Assembly (NCBI GenBank): GCA_000387965.1
Contig: APJZ01000001.1
Span: 90,001-122,000 of the forward strand
Direction: 5' to 3'
Source of the DNA: Candidatus Nanobsidianus stetteri
GTDB taxonomy: Archaea > Nanobdellota > Nanobdellia > Nanobdellales > Nanobdellaceae
Length of the DNA: 32,000 nucleotides
Shown here piece by piece: positions 1 to 8,813 of the stretch. How positions within the stretch are numbered: position 1 is the first letter of the stretch; every line of letters starts with the position of its first letter. Below the pieces are notes generated by a model. The model saw only the letters and a program-made list of their open reading frames with translations, was not told the origin of the DNA and made no database searches. The translations under genes were made by a program, and so were the position numbers.

Positions 1-3000
1 CAACAGTACTTGGATCTACAGATCTTAGTAATTTTGCCAATTTTAATTCAAAATTTAATTTTTCCAGCATTTCTCCCAAAGATTTATATGCAGAAACTTT
101 ATTTCCATTTTCACTAATAGAATTTATATCATGCATAAATCCCCAATTTATATATTCTGTTGGCGTATCGATTTTTTCTTTAAATATTTGTATTTTTACA
201 GATTCTGGAGGTTTATATTGCAATGCTGCCTCATATAATTCTAAAGGATAATTCCAAACAGTGTCAAACTTTTGTACTTCATCATCTATTTCCATTCCTT
301 TAACCTTTATTGTAATTGTTAATGGTGCATCCATAGTTCCTCCCCTTTTATCTGGTAAATATTCCCTAGAAAAGTTTAATAGAGCATCTAATAATAATAA
401 TATTGTTCCTTCATCCCCATCACAGTTCCTTCTAATTGCAGCATGCATCATTGGATGCATAAGTAATGCTTGAGTTCTTGAGAATCCAATTATTCTTCCA
501 ACAGTACCTGCAGAAGTGTGGGGGGCTAAAACAATTAATAGATGACCTAAAAGATCTTCTGGTCTTTTTGCATTATAATATTTATCCATTTTATACAACC
601 TTTCCAACTCTTCATCAATAAATTTAGCAGTATTTATTAAAGAAATTAAAAATCCATCTTTCTTTAATTTACCACCTTTCTTTAATGGACCAATTGTTGG
701 TAATATAATATCTTGGGGTTTTAATTCTAATATTTGGTCTTCATTTTCTAATGGATTTCCATAAATATCATGAGTATATCCCAATTCTTTCAATTTTTCT
801 ATTGGAGTATATACTAAATCTTTTGGTTTAAAATATGTAATTGGTACTTCTATAGCATCAAATCTTACTGTTCCATCCCTAAATACGAATATACCATATT
901 TTGCCCTTAATATTCCTTTTTCTAATCTCTCTGGTTGTTTATTTCTTGAACTTAAACCTTCTGGTCCTTTTACTATTTTTGGTAATTGAGAGGGATCTAA
1001 TCCTAAGTTTTTTAATGCTGTTTCTACATATTTTGAAATCTGTATCGCATATTTTTTATGCTCTTTTCCATCTTCTGTTTTTATTAATTTTGTTTCTGAA
1101 TTACAGAATATACATTTTTTATATGGGACATATATTTTACAATTTGGACAATAATATGTTTTTAAATCTGAAACAATCTTCTGATATTTCATTGATTCTA
1201 AAAGATTTCTCATCCTTCCTCCTTCTTCTCCTACAGGAAATAAAACCATTATTGAACCCCTTAATTCTCTAATCTTTGCTTTTTCAGGTCTTCCCATTCT
1301 AACTCCAATATATGTACCGACCTTATCCCTAATAATAACTTTAGATATTTTATTAATTAATTCATATCCATTTTTTTCATTATTTAATTCGGGCACTTTT
1401 TCAAAATATCCTAATTGTATATATAATGCTGCCGAATTTGGATATTCGATTATAATCTTATTATTTTCCAATTTATGTTCAATTAATATTTCTTCCAATA
1501 TATTCTTTATTCTATCATCATATTCAAATTCTATTTTATCAGCAATTCTATAATTCTCGCCATTTATTTTAATTTCTTTATATGAAACTTTTGCCTTTTC
1601 TTTTAAATAATTTAATAAGTATATAAAGTCTTGTGAACTTATATCCTTCCAGAAATATATATATTCTGGATGTAATGGAACATTTAATAATATAGATATC
1701 TTTAATGCAGTTATAAAATCTGGTTTATTTTTTAATGGATCTCTAATATAATTTTCTAAAGTATTTTTATCAATATCTAAATATTCTGATAATTTTTCTA
1801 AATTTTTTATTTCAAATAATTTTCTTGGTTTAAACATATCAAAAACTACCTCAAATCCATTTATTTTTTCTTTTGCATTTTTTTCAAATTCCAATATCCA
1901 CCATTCCTCACAGTATCCTAATGGAACTAAAGGATGCCCATTATCTAAAAAATCTCCATATGTAAATAAAATATCACCTAAAAATAGTATTTTTTCTATC
2001 AAATTCTTCTCAATTAATTCTCTTGCTTTCTTTTCATCTTTTACCTTTATTACAGAACCATCCTTTAATTTTACTACTGGAGGTTCAATTGTATCTGAAA
2101 ATGTAGCTGCAGAGGCTTTTCCAGGTCTCTCTACAACAAGTTGAGTTCCCCATGCTAAGAAATTATATGTTAAAATTGCTGCAGCTGGATGTATAGAAGA
2201 AGCTTCATGGCCATTTGTCCTTGATTTTCCTATTCTTAATCTAAATCCGCCCTTTGCAGATGGTAAAGAAAATATTGGTCTCCCAGCAGTTAATTGTTCT
2301 AAATATTTTTTATTTGGTTTTACTATATCAGAGGAATCAGAAGATCCTCCATGTAATTTTTCTTGCAATTTTTTTAATTCATCTAACCAAGACCAATCTT
2401 CTAAATTAAAATCTTTTGCAATTTTAGACAATTCTTTCCATATTTTTTTTGCCTTTTGACATATACCCTCAGCAATTACAAGAACCGCTCCTCCCCTTAT
2501 ATAATTTGTTTCAACCCTTGGTAAATCCTTATATGCAGAAACCTCTATTTTTTCTGTAGGTTCTCCATTTATTTCAATTGGTAAATTTTTAATTGTGAAA
2601 GTTATTTCTTCATTCTTTGGAGTATACTGTAAATGAGCTACTCTCTTATAATCGTAAATTTCAATTATATATCTTTGAATTTCATCTTCTGTGGGATCAT
2701 ATTTTTCATATCCGAATTTTCTTCTTAAAAAATCGGCAATTACAACTGAAAATGCTTGAGGAGTACCACCAGCCGATCTTACAGGTCCTGCATAAAATAC
2801 TGAAATATATTCTTTTCCATCCATTCTTTTCTTTGCCATTACTTTTACAATTCCTTCTGTTGGGGCAGCTACAACACCCAAAGTATGATAAGCAAAACCA
2901 GCCCTTAATCCAAGTTCTATAGCTCTAATTTTATCTTTAGTTTTATTATATATTTGTTCTGCAACATATTCAGATATTTTTAATATTGTAGAAAATGAAA

Positions 3001-3229
3001 GTGGTTTATAGGCTTTTTCTATTTCTCTAATTTTTTCTGGTAAATTTATTTCTTTTATAATTGGATCAATAGTTGATAATAAATTAACTACTCTTTCAGC
3101 CATATCTTCAGAAATTGGTATTTCAACATCATTAACAGGATCTAAAGATAACGACCTTGCCTTTTTTGCAATTTCATAAGCTTCCAATGTTTTTTTCTTA
3201 ATTTCTGAAAAATATTCATTTATATCCAT
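1..3229 (-). CDS. polC: DNA polymerase D (Pol II) large catalytic subunit DP2, first ~1076 codons; the 3' end runs off the left edge
   Basis: It is absent from the ORF track because it has no in-window stop. My reverse-strand translation from the ATG (complement of cat at 3227-3229) reads MDINEYFSEIKKKTLEAYEIAKKARSLSLDPVNDVEIPISEDMAERV. No minus-strand ORF fragments are listed in 1-3229, which fits one uninterrupted frame. Hand-checked conserved DP2 blocks are LIVLAPHTSAGTV (about 500-538), AIRRNCDGDEGTILLLLDALLN (about 361-440) and the zinc-finger stretch YYCPNCKIYVPYKKCIFCN (about 1090-1160). Confidence 0.9.
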   Translation of the reverse strand, partial: MDINEYFSEIKKKTLEAYEIAKKARSLSLDPVNDVEIPISEDMAERVVNLLSTIDPIIKEINLPEKIREIEKAYKPLSFSTILKISEYVAEQIYNKTKDKIRAIELGLRAGFAYHTLGVVAAPTEGIVKVMAKKRMDGKEYISVFYAGPVRSAGGTPQAFSVVIADFLRRKFGYEKYDPTEDEIQRYIIEIYDYKRVAHLQYTPKNEEITFTIKNLPIEINGEPTEKIEVSAYKDLPRVETNYIRGGAVLVIAEGICQKAKKIWKELSKIAKDFNLEDWSWLDELKKLQEKLHGGSSDSSDIVKPNKKYLEQLTAGRPIFSLPSAKGGFRLRIGKSRTNGHEASSIHPAAAILTYNFLAWGTQLVVERPGKASAATFSDTIEPPVVKLKDGSVIKVKDEKKARELIEKNLIEKILFLGDILFTYGDFLDNGHPLVPLGYCEEWWILEFEKNAKEKINGFEVVFDMFKPRKLFEIKNLEKLSEYLDIDKNTLENYIRDPLKNKPDFITALKISILLNVPLHPEYIYFWKDISSQDFIYLLNYLKEKAKVSYKEIKINGENYRIADKIEFEYDDRIKNILEEILIEHKLENNKIIIEYPNSAALYIQLGYFEKVPELNNEKNGYELINKISKVIIRDKVGTYIGVRMGRPEKAKIRELRGSIMVLFPVGEEGGRMRNLLESMKYQKIVSDLKTYYCPNCKIYVPYKKCIFCNSETKLIKTEDGKEHKKYAIQISKYVETALKNLGLDPSQLPKIVKGPEGLSSRNKQPERLEKGILRAKYGIFVFRDGTVRFDAIEVPITYFKPKDLVYTPIEKLKELGYTHDIYGNPLENEDQILELKPQDIILPTIGPLKKGGKLKKDGFLISLINTAKFIDEELERLYKMDKYYNAKRPEDLLGHLLIVLAPHTSAGTVGRIIGFSRTQALLMHPMMHAAIRRNCDGDEGTILLLLDALLNFSREYLPDKRGGTMDAPLTITIKVKGMEIDDEVQKFDTVWNYPLELYEAALQYKPPESVKIQIFKEKIDTPTEYINWGFMHDINSISENGNKVSAYKSLGEMLEKLNFELKLAKLLRSVDPSTV

Positions 3230-3280
3230 AAAAATATATTTAAAATAATATTTTTAACTGTTTAAATTCTTATATTTGAA
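3230..3280. promoter_or_regulatory. 51-bp divergent promoter region shared by polC and hjc
   Basis: A single A/T element, atatttttaac (about 3247-3257), lies near the midpoint (3255) of the two start codons (3229 and 3281), about 24-29 nt from each. That is the usual archaeal TATA-to-start distance for leaderless mRNAs. TATA-like strings are common in DNA this AT-rich, so support is weak. Confidence 0.3.
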
Positions 3281-3625
3281 ATGGGAAGTAATTATAAAAT
3301 TGGCTATTATTATGAGCAAAAAGTAAGAAAAATGTTGGAAAAAGAGGGTTATGACGCATGGAGGACCCCAGGTTCACATTCTGCTATAGATATAATTGCA
3401 ATAAATAAAGAAGGAAAGGTTAAATTAATACAAGTAAAAAAGAATAAAAGAGATATTGATATAAACAACATTAATTATATTGATTTATATGAATTATATC
3501 ATTTAGCAGAAAAATATAAAGATTCTAATAATGTTGATATTGAATTATGGATATTTTCAAATAATAAATTAAAAAAGTATAATAAAGATGATATATTAAA
3601 GTTAAAAGATATTATTTCCTTATAA
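3281..3625 (+). CDS. hjc: Holliday junction resolvase Hjc-like PD-(D/E)xK nuclease
   Basis: The 114-aa size is typical. The pattern KIGYYYEQKVRKMLEKEGYDAWRTPGSHSAIDIIAINKEGKVKLIQVKK matches the Hjc layout G..(A)ER.....L...GF...R...S...D(I/L)(I/V)A...x(11-13)..(E)xK. The last acidic position is Gln (QVK). Confidence 0.7.
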   Translation: MGSNYKIGYYYEQKVRKMLEKEGYDAWRTPGSHSAIDIIAINKEGKVKLIQVKKNKRDIDINNINYIDLYELYHLAEKYKDSNNVDIELWIFSNNKLKKYNKDDILKLKDIISL

Positions 3626-4445
3626 TAACAAAGTATTCATATGGAATATCAAATTCTTTAACAACTTTATATTTTAATTTATATGTTACAAATCTTTTAA
3701 TTTTATATCTCCATGCTAAACCAAGATTTCTCTTTTTTCCAAGACTTTTCTGAGGAAAAGATATTATTAAATAATCAAAATCTAATTTAGATAATAAATT
3801 CCTTGGTGCATAAAAATCATATTTTTCTAATATTGGAAATATCTTCCAAAAGAATATATATTGATAATGTCCAAATATTCTATCATCTGGATCTAATAGA
3901 TCAATTAACCATCCTTCATTTTCAATATTTAATTCTTTCAATATTTGATAATTTATATCTAATATTTTTTCGGATATATCTACATAATAATATTTTTTAG
4001 GTTTTTGATCTGAGAAATAAATTGATATTGGATTTAGTCCAGATGCTAAATCTAATATTTCTAATGGTTTTTCGATAAATATATTTTTATATATCTCTTT
4101 ATAGAAATTCAATCTTTCAGCAGTAGACCTTGTTAACATCAATAATTCTATTATTTTTTGTTCCAATGTTATTTCATCATTAAATAATATTTTATCTATT
4201 TCTTTATCTTCTTTAGGCGTATATAATCCATATAATTCATGCAAAATTCTACGTACTTCTTTAAATAGCAAATAAAACTCTTCATCATTTTTCAATTGCT
4301 TTATACTTTTTATAGAAGATAACTTTTCATATAAATATTGTTTTTTTCTTAATTCTCTTTTTAATATATTTTCAACTACCTTATCAGATATATTTCTCAA
4401 TTCTTTCTTATTTTTTATCTCATTTATTATTTCAAATAATTCCAT
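3612..4445 (-). CDS. ArmA/RmtB/Sgm-like (FmrO family) 16S rRNA (guanine1405-N7) methyltransferase homologue
   Basis: It resembles remembered RmtB/ArmA sequences over the full length. The matching blocks are TRSTAERLNFYKEIYKNIF (STxERL block), LEILDLASGLNPISIY (SAM loop; RmtB has VLDIACGLNPLAL), IFFWKIFPILEK, IISFPQKSLGKKRNLG (RmtB has VSFPTRSLGGRGKGM) and the terminal YFVIIRK. Its start overlaps the stop of the upstream E1-like gene by 19 nt. Confidence 0.65.
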   Translation of the reverse strand: MELFEIINEIKNKKELRNISDKVVENILKRELRKKQYLYEKLSSIKSIKQLKNDEEFYLLFKEVRRILHELYGLYTPKEDKEIDKILFNDEITLEQKIIELLMLTRSTAERLNFYKEIYKNIFIEKPLEILDLASGLNPISIYFSDQKPKKYYYVDISEKILDINYQILKELNIENEGWLIDLLDPDDRIFGHYQYIFFWKIFPILEKYDFYAPRNLLSKLDFDYLIISFPQKSLGKKRNLGLAWRYKIKRFVTYKLKYKVVKEFDIPYEYFVIIRK

Positions 4446-5149
4446 ATTAATTCAAATTGTTTTCTTTTACATATTTTGCAATTGTTGCTCTTAACTTTTA
4501 TTTCTTCTAAATAAAATTTATCTCTTATATTAAAATGATATAATATTCCATCTCTATTTCCAAATACATAATTTATAAATAGTTTTAACATTAAAGAAAC
4601 TGCAAAAATTACTGCTGAAAAATCTACACCAGTAATATTACATGTCAATACATCTTCTTTTCCTTTATATATATCATATAAACAAAATTGTTCTGGATTT
4701 ATTAAACCAACAAATCCTTGATCCATAACAACTGAAGCAAATATATATGGCTTATTATAATATACTGATAACTCATTTATTAAATATTTTGATTTAATAT
4801 TATCAGTACAATCAAATATTATATCCCTATTAAATATTTTATTATTTATTTCTTTATATTTTTCTATATTTACACTATTATCTACTTCTTTTAATCTCTT
4901 TTCAATAGAATCTATCTTTAATTTACCAATATCATCAATTATAAAGTTTTGTCTATTTAGATTTTTTTCTTCTACAATATCAAAATCTACAATTGCTAAA
5001 TTTTTTACACCTATTCTAACTAAAAATTCTGATAACCAAGAACCCAAACCACCTAAACCAATAACTGCAACAGATGTTTCTTGTATTCTTTTATTTTTTT
5101 CAAATCCAAAAAATTTTATTTGAGATATATATCTTGAAAAATTATCCAT
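4427..5149 (-). CDS. ThiF/MoeB/UbaA-family E1-like adenylyltransferase
   Basis: Motifs occur in MoeB/ThiF order: FSRYISQIKFFG, the nucleotide loop VAVIGLGGLGSWLSEFLVRIGV, NLNRQ, DCTDN, LTCNITGV and a C-terminal CKIC. The first CxxC pair is degenerate (FCLYD). The ATG overlaps the cdc48 stop by 8 nt (ATGGATAA). Confidence 0.8.
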   Translation of the reverse strand: MDNFSRYISQIKFFGFEKNKRIQETSVAVIGLGGLGSWLSEFLVRIGVKNLAIVDFDIVEEKNLNRQNFIIDDIGKLKIDSIEKRLKEVDNSVNIEKYKEINNKIFNRDIIFDCTDNIKSKYLINELSVYYNKPYIFASVVMDQGFVGLINPEQFCLYDIYKGKEDVLTCNITGVDFSAVIFAVSLMLKLFINYVFGNRDGILYHFNIRDKFYLEEIKVKSNNCKICKRKQFELIWNYLK

Positions 5150-7526
5150 AATACTTATTATCCTTTCCTATCATTCCTTTTCTAAATGTTTCTGCAAATA
5201 CTTTATAATAATTTTCCATTTCTTTTGTTATAGATGGCTTTACTTTTTCTAATGCGGATCTAAAATCATCCATTGTAATTTTTATATCTTCTTTTCCTAA
5301 TTCTTTTAATGCTTCTTCCTCATTTAATCCTTGTTTTCTCTTTAATTCGTATGATAATCTTATTCTATTTATTGCAGCTTCTTTTACAAGTAATTCTAAA
5401 TCAGCGCCACTATATCCTTCAGTAATTCTTGCAATTTCTTCCAAATTAACATCTGGAGCTAATGGCATATTTCTCGTCTTTATTTTTAATATTTCCAATC
5501 TTGCCTTATAATCTGGAGGTGGTATATATATTATTCTATCAAATCTTCCAGGTCTTAATAATGCGGGATCAATTATATCTGGTCTGTTTGTTGCCGCAAT
5601 TACAATTACATCACCTCTGGTAGTTATACCATCCATCTCTGCTAATAATTGATTTACAATACTATCATAAACATTTGTACCTATACTAGAACCTCTCCTA
5701 GGTGCTATTGCATCAATTTCATCAAAGAATATTACTGCAGGAGCTACTTGTTTTGCTTTTCTGAACATTTCTCTAATCATTTTTTCACTTTCTCCAAACC
5801 ATTTACTAAATATTTCTGGACCTTTTATTGCAATAAAGTTTGCTCCTATTTCTGTTGCAACTGCCTTTGCTAATAATGTTTTACCTGTGCCTGGAGGACC
5901 ATATAATAATATACCCTTTGGAGGATCTATACCAAGCTTTTCATATATTTTCTTATTTTTTATTGGCCATTCAACAGCTTCTTTTAATTCTAATTTTACC
6001 TCATCCAAACCTCCAATATCATCCCAATGTACCTTTGGCACTTCTACTAATACTTCTCTCATTGCAGATGGTGGTACAACTTTCAATGCTGCCATAAAAT
6101 CTTCCTCAGTAACAACCATTTGATCTAAAATTTCCTGTGGTATATTATTTTCATATTTTTCTATTTCGGGTAATACTCTTCTAATAACATTCATTGCAGC
6201 TTCTTTTACCAAAGCAGCAAGATCCGCACCTACATAACCATATGTAATTGATGCTAATTTTTTAATTAACTTATCTTTCTCTTCCTCAGATAATAATACG
6301 TATTTATCTCCTTCTTTTTTACCTAGAGGAACATTTCTAGTATGTACTTTTAATATTTGATATCTACCCTGTTCATTTGGTACAGGAACTTCTATTTCCC
6401 TATCAAATCTTCCAGGCCTCCTTAATGCGGGATCTATAGCTTCTGGTCTGTTTGTTGCCGCAATTACAATTACTTTGCCCCTCGATTTTAATCCATCCAT
6501 TAATGTTAATAATTGAGCTACCAATCTTCTCTCAACTTCCCCAATTGATTCATCTCTTTTAGGAACTATTGCATCAATTTCATCTATAAATATTATTGAA
6601 GGTGCATTTTTATTTGCCTCTTCAAATATATCTCTTAATCTTTTTTCAGATTCACCAACATATTTTGATACAATTTCTGGTCCATTTATTGCAATAAAAT
6701 ATGCCCCACTCTCATTTGCAACTGCCTTTGCTAATAATGTTTTACCTGTGCCTGGAGGACCATATAATAATATACCCTTTGGAGGATCTATACCAAGTTT
6801 TTCAAATAATTCTGGATATTTTAATGGTAATTCTACAAGTTCTCTTACCTTTTGAACAACTTCTTCCATATCACCTATATCTTCATAAGTAACTTCGGGT
6901 ATTTCTCCCTTAGTTTCTACCGCATGTGGTAATATTTCTAATTCTGTATTTTCAGTTATAACTACTGCACCTTTTGGAGCTACGTTTACAACAGTAAATC
7001 TATATTCATTTGAAAATCCAAAAGTTGGAAATAAATCTGAAATTATTGAAAATCCAAACTCATCATCTAACAAATCAAATTTTCTTCTATATCCTGTCAA
7101 TATAACAACATTATCCCCTTTTACAACTGGTCTTCCATCTAATAATCTTTTTATATAATTTAATGCGCTTGTATTAAATTGATATACAACCCCTTTTGAT
7201 GCTGGAGCTAATACAACTTTTTGTGCCTCTCTTACATTGGCTTTCCTTACAGTAACATATCCTCCCAATGTGGCATTTGCATTTTTTCTTATAATACCAT
7301 CCATCCTAATTATTCCAAGACCATAATCTTGTGGAGGCAATAATTGGGCAACTGCGACTGTTTTTTTCTTTCCCTCAATTTCAACAATATCTCCAATCCT
7401 TATTCCAAGTTCTTTCATAGCTTCAGCATCAATTCTGACAATTCCTCTATATAAATCATTTTGAATAGCTTCTGCAACCTTTAATTTTAATTCTTTTTGA
7501 TTATTTTGGTTATCTTCGGGTGCCAT
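5142..7526 (-). CDS. cdc48: Cdc48/VCP/p97-like double-ring AAA+ ATPase
   Basis: The N-domain reads [26 protein letters not shown]. There are two AAA modules, each with Walker [16 protein letters not shown] and Walker B ([10 protein letters not shown] and [10 protein letters not shown]). Second-region-of-homology blocks [19 protein letters not shown] and [19 protein letters not shown] are present. The C-terminus ends KYYG, a hydrophobic-Tyr-X type tail. Confidence 0.95.
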   Translation of the reverse strand: MAPEDNQNNQKELKLKVAEAIQNDLYRGIVRIDAEAMKELGIRIGDIVEIEGKKKTVAVAQLLPPQDYGLGIIRMDGIIRKNANATLGGYVTVRKANVREAQKVVLAPASKGVVYQFNTSALNYIKRLLDGRPVVKGDNVVILTGYRRKFDLLDDEFGFSIISDLFPTFGFSNEYRFTVVNVAPKGAVVITENTELEILPHAVETKGEIPEVTYEDIGDMEEVVQKVRELVELPLKYPELFEKLGIDPPKGILLYGPPGTGKTLLAKAVANESGAYFIAINGPEIVSKYVGESEKRLRDIFEEANKNAPSIIFIDEIDAIVPKRDESIGEVERRLVAQLLTLMDGLKSRGKVIVIAATNRPEAIDPALRRPGRFDREIEVPVPNEQGRYQILKVHTRNVPLGKKEGDKYVLLSEEEKDKLIKKLASITYGYVGADLAALVKEAAMNVIRRVLPEIEKYENNIPQEILDQMVVTEEDFMAALKVVPPSAMREVLVEVPKVHWDDIGGLDEVKLELKEAVEWPIKNKKIYEKLGIDPPKGILLYGPPGTGKTLLAKAVATEIGANFIAIKGPEIFSKWFGESEKMIREMFRKAKQVAPAVIFFDEIDAIAPRRGSSIGTNVYDSIVNQLLAEMDGITTRGDVIVIAATNRPDIIDPALLRPGRFDRIIYIPPPDYKARLEILKIKTRNMPLAPDVNLEEIARITEGYSGADLELLVKEAAINRIRLSYELKRKQGLNEEEALKELGKEDIKITMDDFRSALEKVKPSITKEMENYYKVFAETFRKGMIGKDNKYYG
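5855..5936. repeat. 82-nt perfect direct repeat, copy in the cdc48 D2 Walker A region
   Basis: A character-by-character comparison shows 5855-5936 is identical to 6716-6797 (offset 861 nt). Both encode [27 protein letters not shown]. Flanks diverge immediately (5854 g vs 6715 t; 5937 c vs 6798 t). Confidence 0.95.
6716..6797. repeat. 82-nt perfect direct repeat, copy in the cdc48 D1 Walker A region
   Basis: This is the partner of 5855-5936. A second perfect 32-nt pair, tctggtctgtttgttgccgcaattacaattac, lies at 5578-5609 and 6442-6473 (offset 864 nt). Confidence 0.95.
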
Positions 7527-7603
7527 AATTTCATAATATCATTTCACCTTTTAAACCTAAATTACGAAAAAATTTAAATTATTCAATATATTTATTTTAT
7601 TTT
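7527..7603. promoter_or_regulatory. Divergent promoter region between cdc48 and the PRC-barrel gene
   Basis: ttttaaa at 7549-7555 is centred 26 nt from the cdc48 ATG (7526). atttaaat at 7572-7579 is centred about 28 nt from the ATG at 7604. Confidence 0.35.
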
Positions 7604-7939
7604 ATGGCATTGAATATTAGAAAGATATCCGAAACTACTAGATCGAAGGTATATACAGAAGATGGATATTTCTTGGGAGAAGTTGAAGATGCGATAATAA
7701 GTGATAATAAAATATATGGATGGAAAATAAAGGTATTAGATCAAGATTTATCTAGAAGAGGAATTAAAGGAATAATAGCTCCACATCAATTAATTAAAGC
7801 AATGGGGCAAATTTGGATAATATCAAAAGCAGTATATTCTGTAAGATCTACATCAGAAAAAGAAGGTGAAGAAAAAAGTAGTAAAGAAACAAAAGAAGAA
7901 GAAGCGGAAAATAAAATAGAGGTTGAAAAAGTTGAATAA
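7604..7939 (+). CDS. PRC-barrel domain protein with an acidic Glu/Lys-rich C-terminal tail
   Basis: KVYTEDGYFLGEVEDAIISDNKIYGWKIKV fits the PRC-barrel pattern (V.t.dG..lG.V.D...d). The tail is STSEKEGEEKSSKETKEEEAENKIEVEKVE. Confidence 0.55.
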   Translation: MALNIRKISETTRSKVYTEDGYFLGEVEDAIISDNKIYGWKIKVLDQDLSRRGIKGIIAPHQLIKAMGQIWIISKAVYSVRSTSEKEGEEKSSKETKEEEAENKIEVEKVE

Positions 7940-7941
7940 AT

Positions 7942-8340
7942 TTATCTATAAGCTGTTGTATAGTGCTTTCTTGCTTTTGAAGTAGGAGATTTTCTTTGTT
8001 CTTTTCTTCTTGGATCTGATTTTAACATGTATGGATCATATTGTAAATATAATAATTTTAATTTATCATCATCAAAGTATTTTACCAAACCTTTTGCAAT
8101 AGCTATCCTAGCTGCTTCGGCTTTTCCCATATAACCACCGCCCTTTACTTTAACCTTTATATTTACTTTTGAAATATAATCTTCTCCAGCCAATACTAAT
8201 GGTTCACTTATTCTTAATCTTGCTAAGAATGGTTCATATACTTGTAATGGGATAGAATTTATTGTAACTTTACCATTACCTTCCTTTATGTATGCCCTTG
8301 CAATTGCTGTTTTTCTTTTTGCTGTAACTATTATTGTCAT
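7942..8340 (-). CDS. rps9: 30S ribosomal protein uS9
   Basis: GGGYMGKAEAARIAIAKGLV and the C-terminal KARKHYTTAYR are typical of S9. It lies downstream of the L18e-L13 genes, as in the conserved archaeal cluster. Confidence 0.93.
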   Translation of the reverse strand: MTIIVTAKRKTAIARAYIKEGNGKVTINSIPLQVYEPFLARLRISEPLVLAGEDYISKVNIKVKVKGGGYMGKAEAARIAIAKGLVKYFDDDKLKLLYLQYDPYMLKSDPRRKEQRKSPTSKARKHYTTAYR

Positions 8341-8366
8341 GTTATATAAATTTATATACTATATTT

Positions 8367-8813
8367 TTAAAATTTTCCACCAATTTGCCTTGATATATCA
8401 CCTAAATAATGATATTCCCTTACTGTTCCTACCTTTAATCTATTCTGAATTAGGGATTCTTCTATCTTTTCCAATTTTACATCTTTAAATTCTTCTGGTA
8501 ATCCTAAGAAAACTTTTACCTTTTTAAGAGCATCTCTACCTCTCTTATTTTTTGGCAACATTCCATAAATTACTCTTCTCAATATTTTATCGGGTCTTTT
8601 AGGATAGAATGGCCCCTTTATCCAATCTCCCCTTTCATTTACTTTATGATTCCAATATTTAACTAAATTATTCCATCTTCCAACTAAAATAACTTTCTCA
8701 GCATTAAATATATATATTTCATATCCTTCTAACAAATATTTAGCAACCCTTGATGCGAGCCTTCCTAAAACAGAATCTGTTGCATCTATATATTTTTTTC
8801 CTATTGATATCAT
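8367..8813 (-). CDS. rpl13: 50S ribosomal protein uL13
   Basis: The blocks IDATDSVLGRLASRVAKYLLEG and GMLPKNKRGRDALKKVKVFLG match uL13. Its start overlaps the L18e stop by 4 nt. Confidence 0.92.
   Translation of the reverse strand: MISIGKKYIDATDSVLGRLASRVAKYLLEGYEIYIFNAEKVILVGRWNNLVKYWNHKVNERGDWIKGPFYPKRPDKILRRVIYGMLPKNKRGRDALKKVKVFLGLPEEFKDVKLEKIEESLIQNRLKVGTVREYHYLGDISRQIGGKF

Noticed and set aside
261-2922. Plus-strand ORFs of 70-123 aa (261-473, 901-1272, 2617-2922) listed in the track
   Set aside because: They lie antisense to the continuous PolD DP2 reading frame. They have the L/F/I/S-rich composition typical of the shadow of an AT-rich coding strand. Two start at GTG or TTG, and none matches a recognisable family.
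5649-6892. Plus-strand ORFs inside cdc48 (5649-5873, 5840-6097, 5887-6123, 6701-6892), two of which share the peptide [27 protein letters not shown]
   Set aside because: They are antisense shadows. The shared peptide is simply the antisense reading of the 82-nt perfect D1/D2 repeat, which is reported as a finding in its own right. It is not evidence for a repeated antisense gene.
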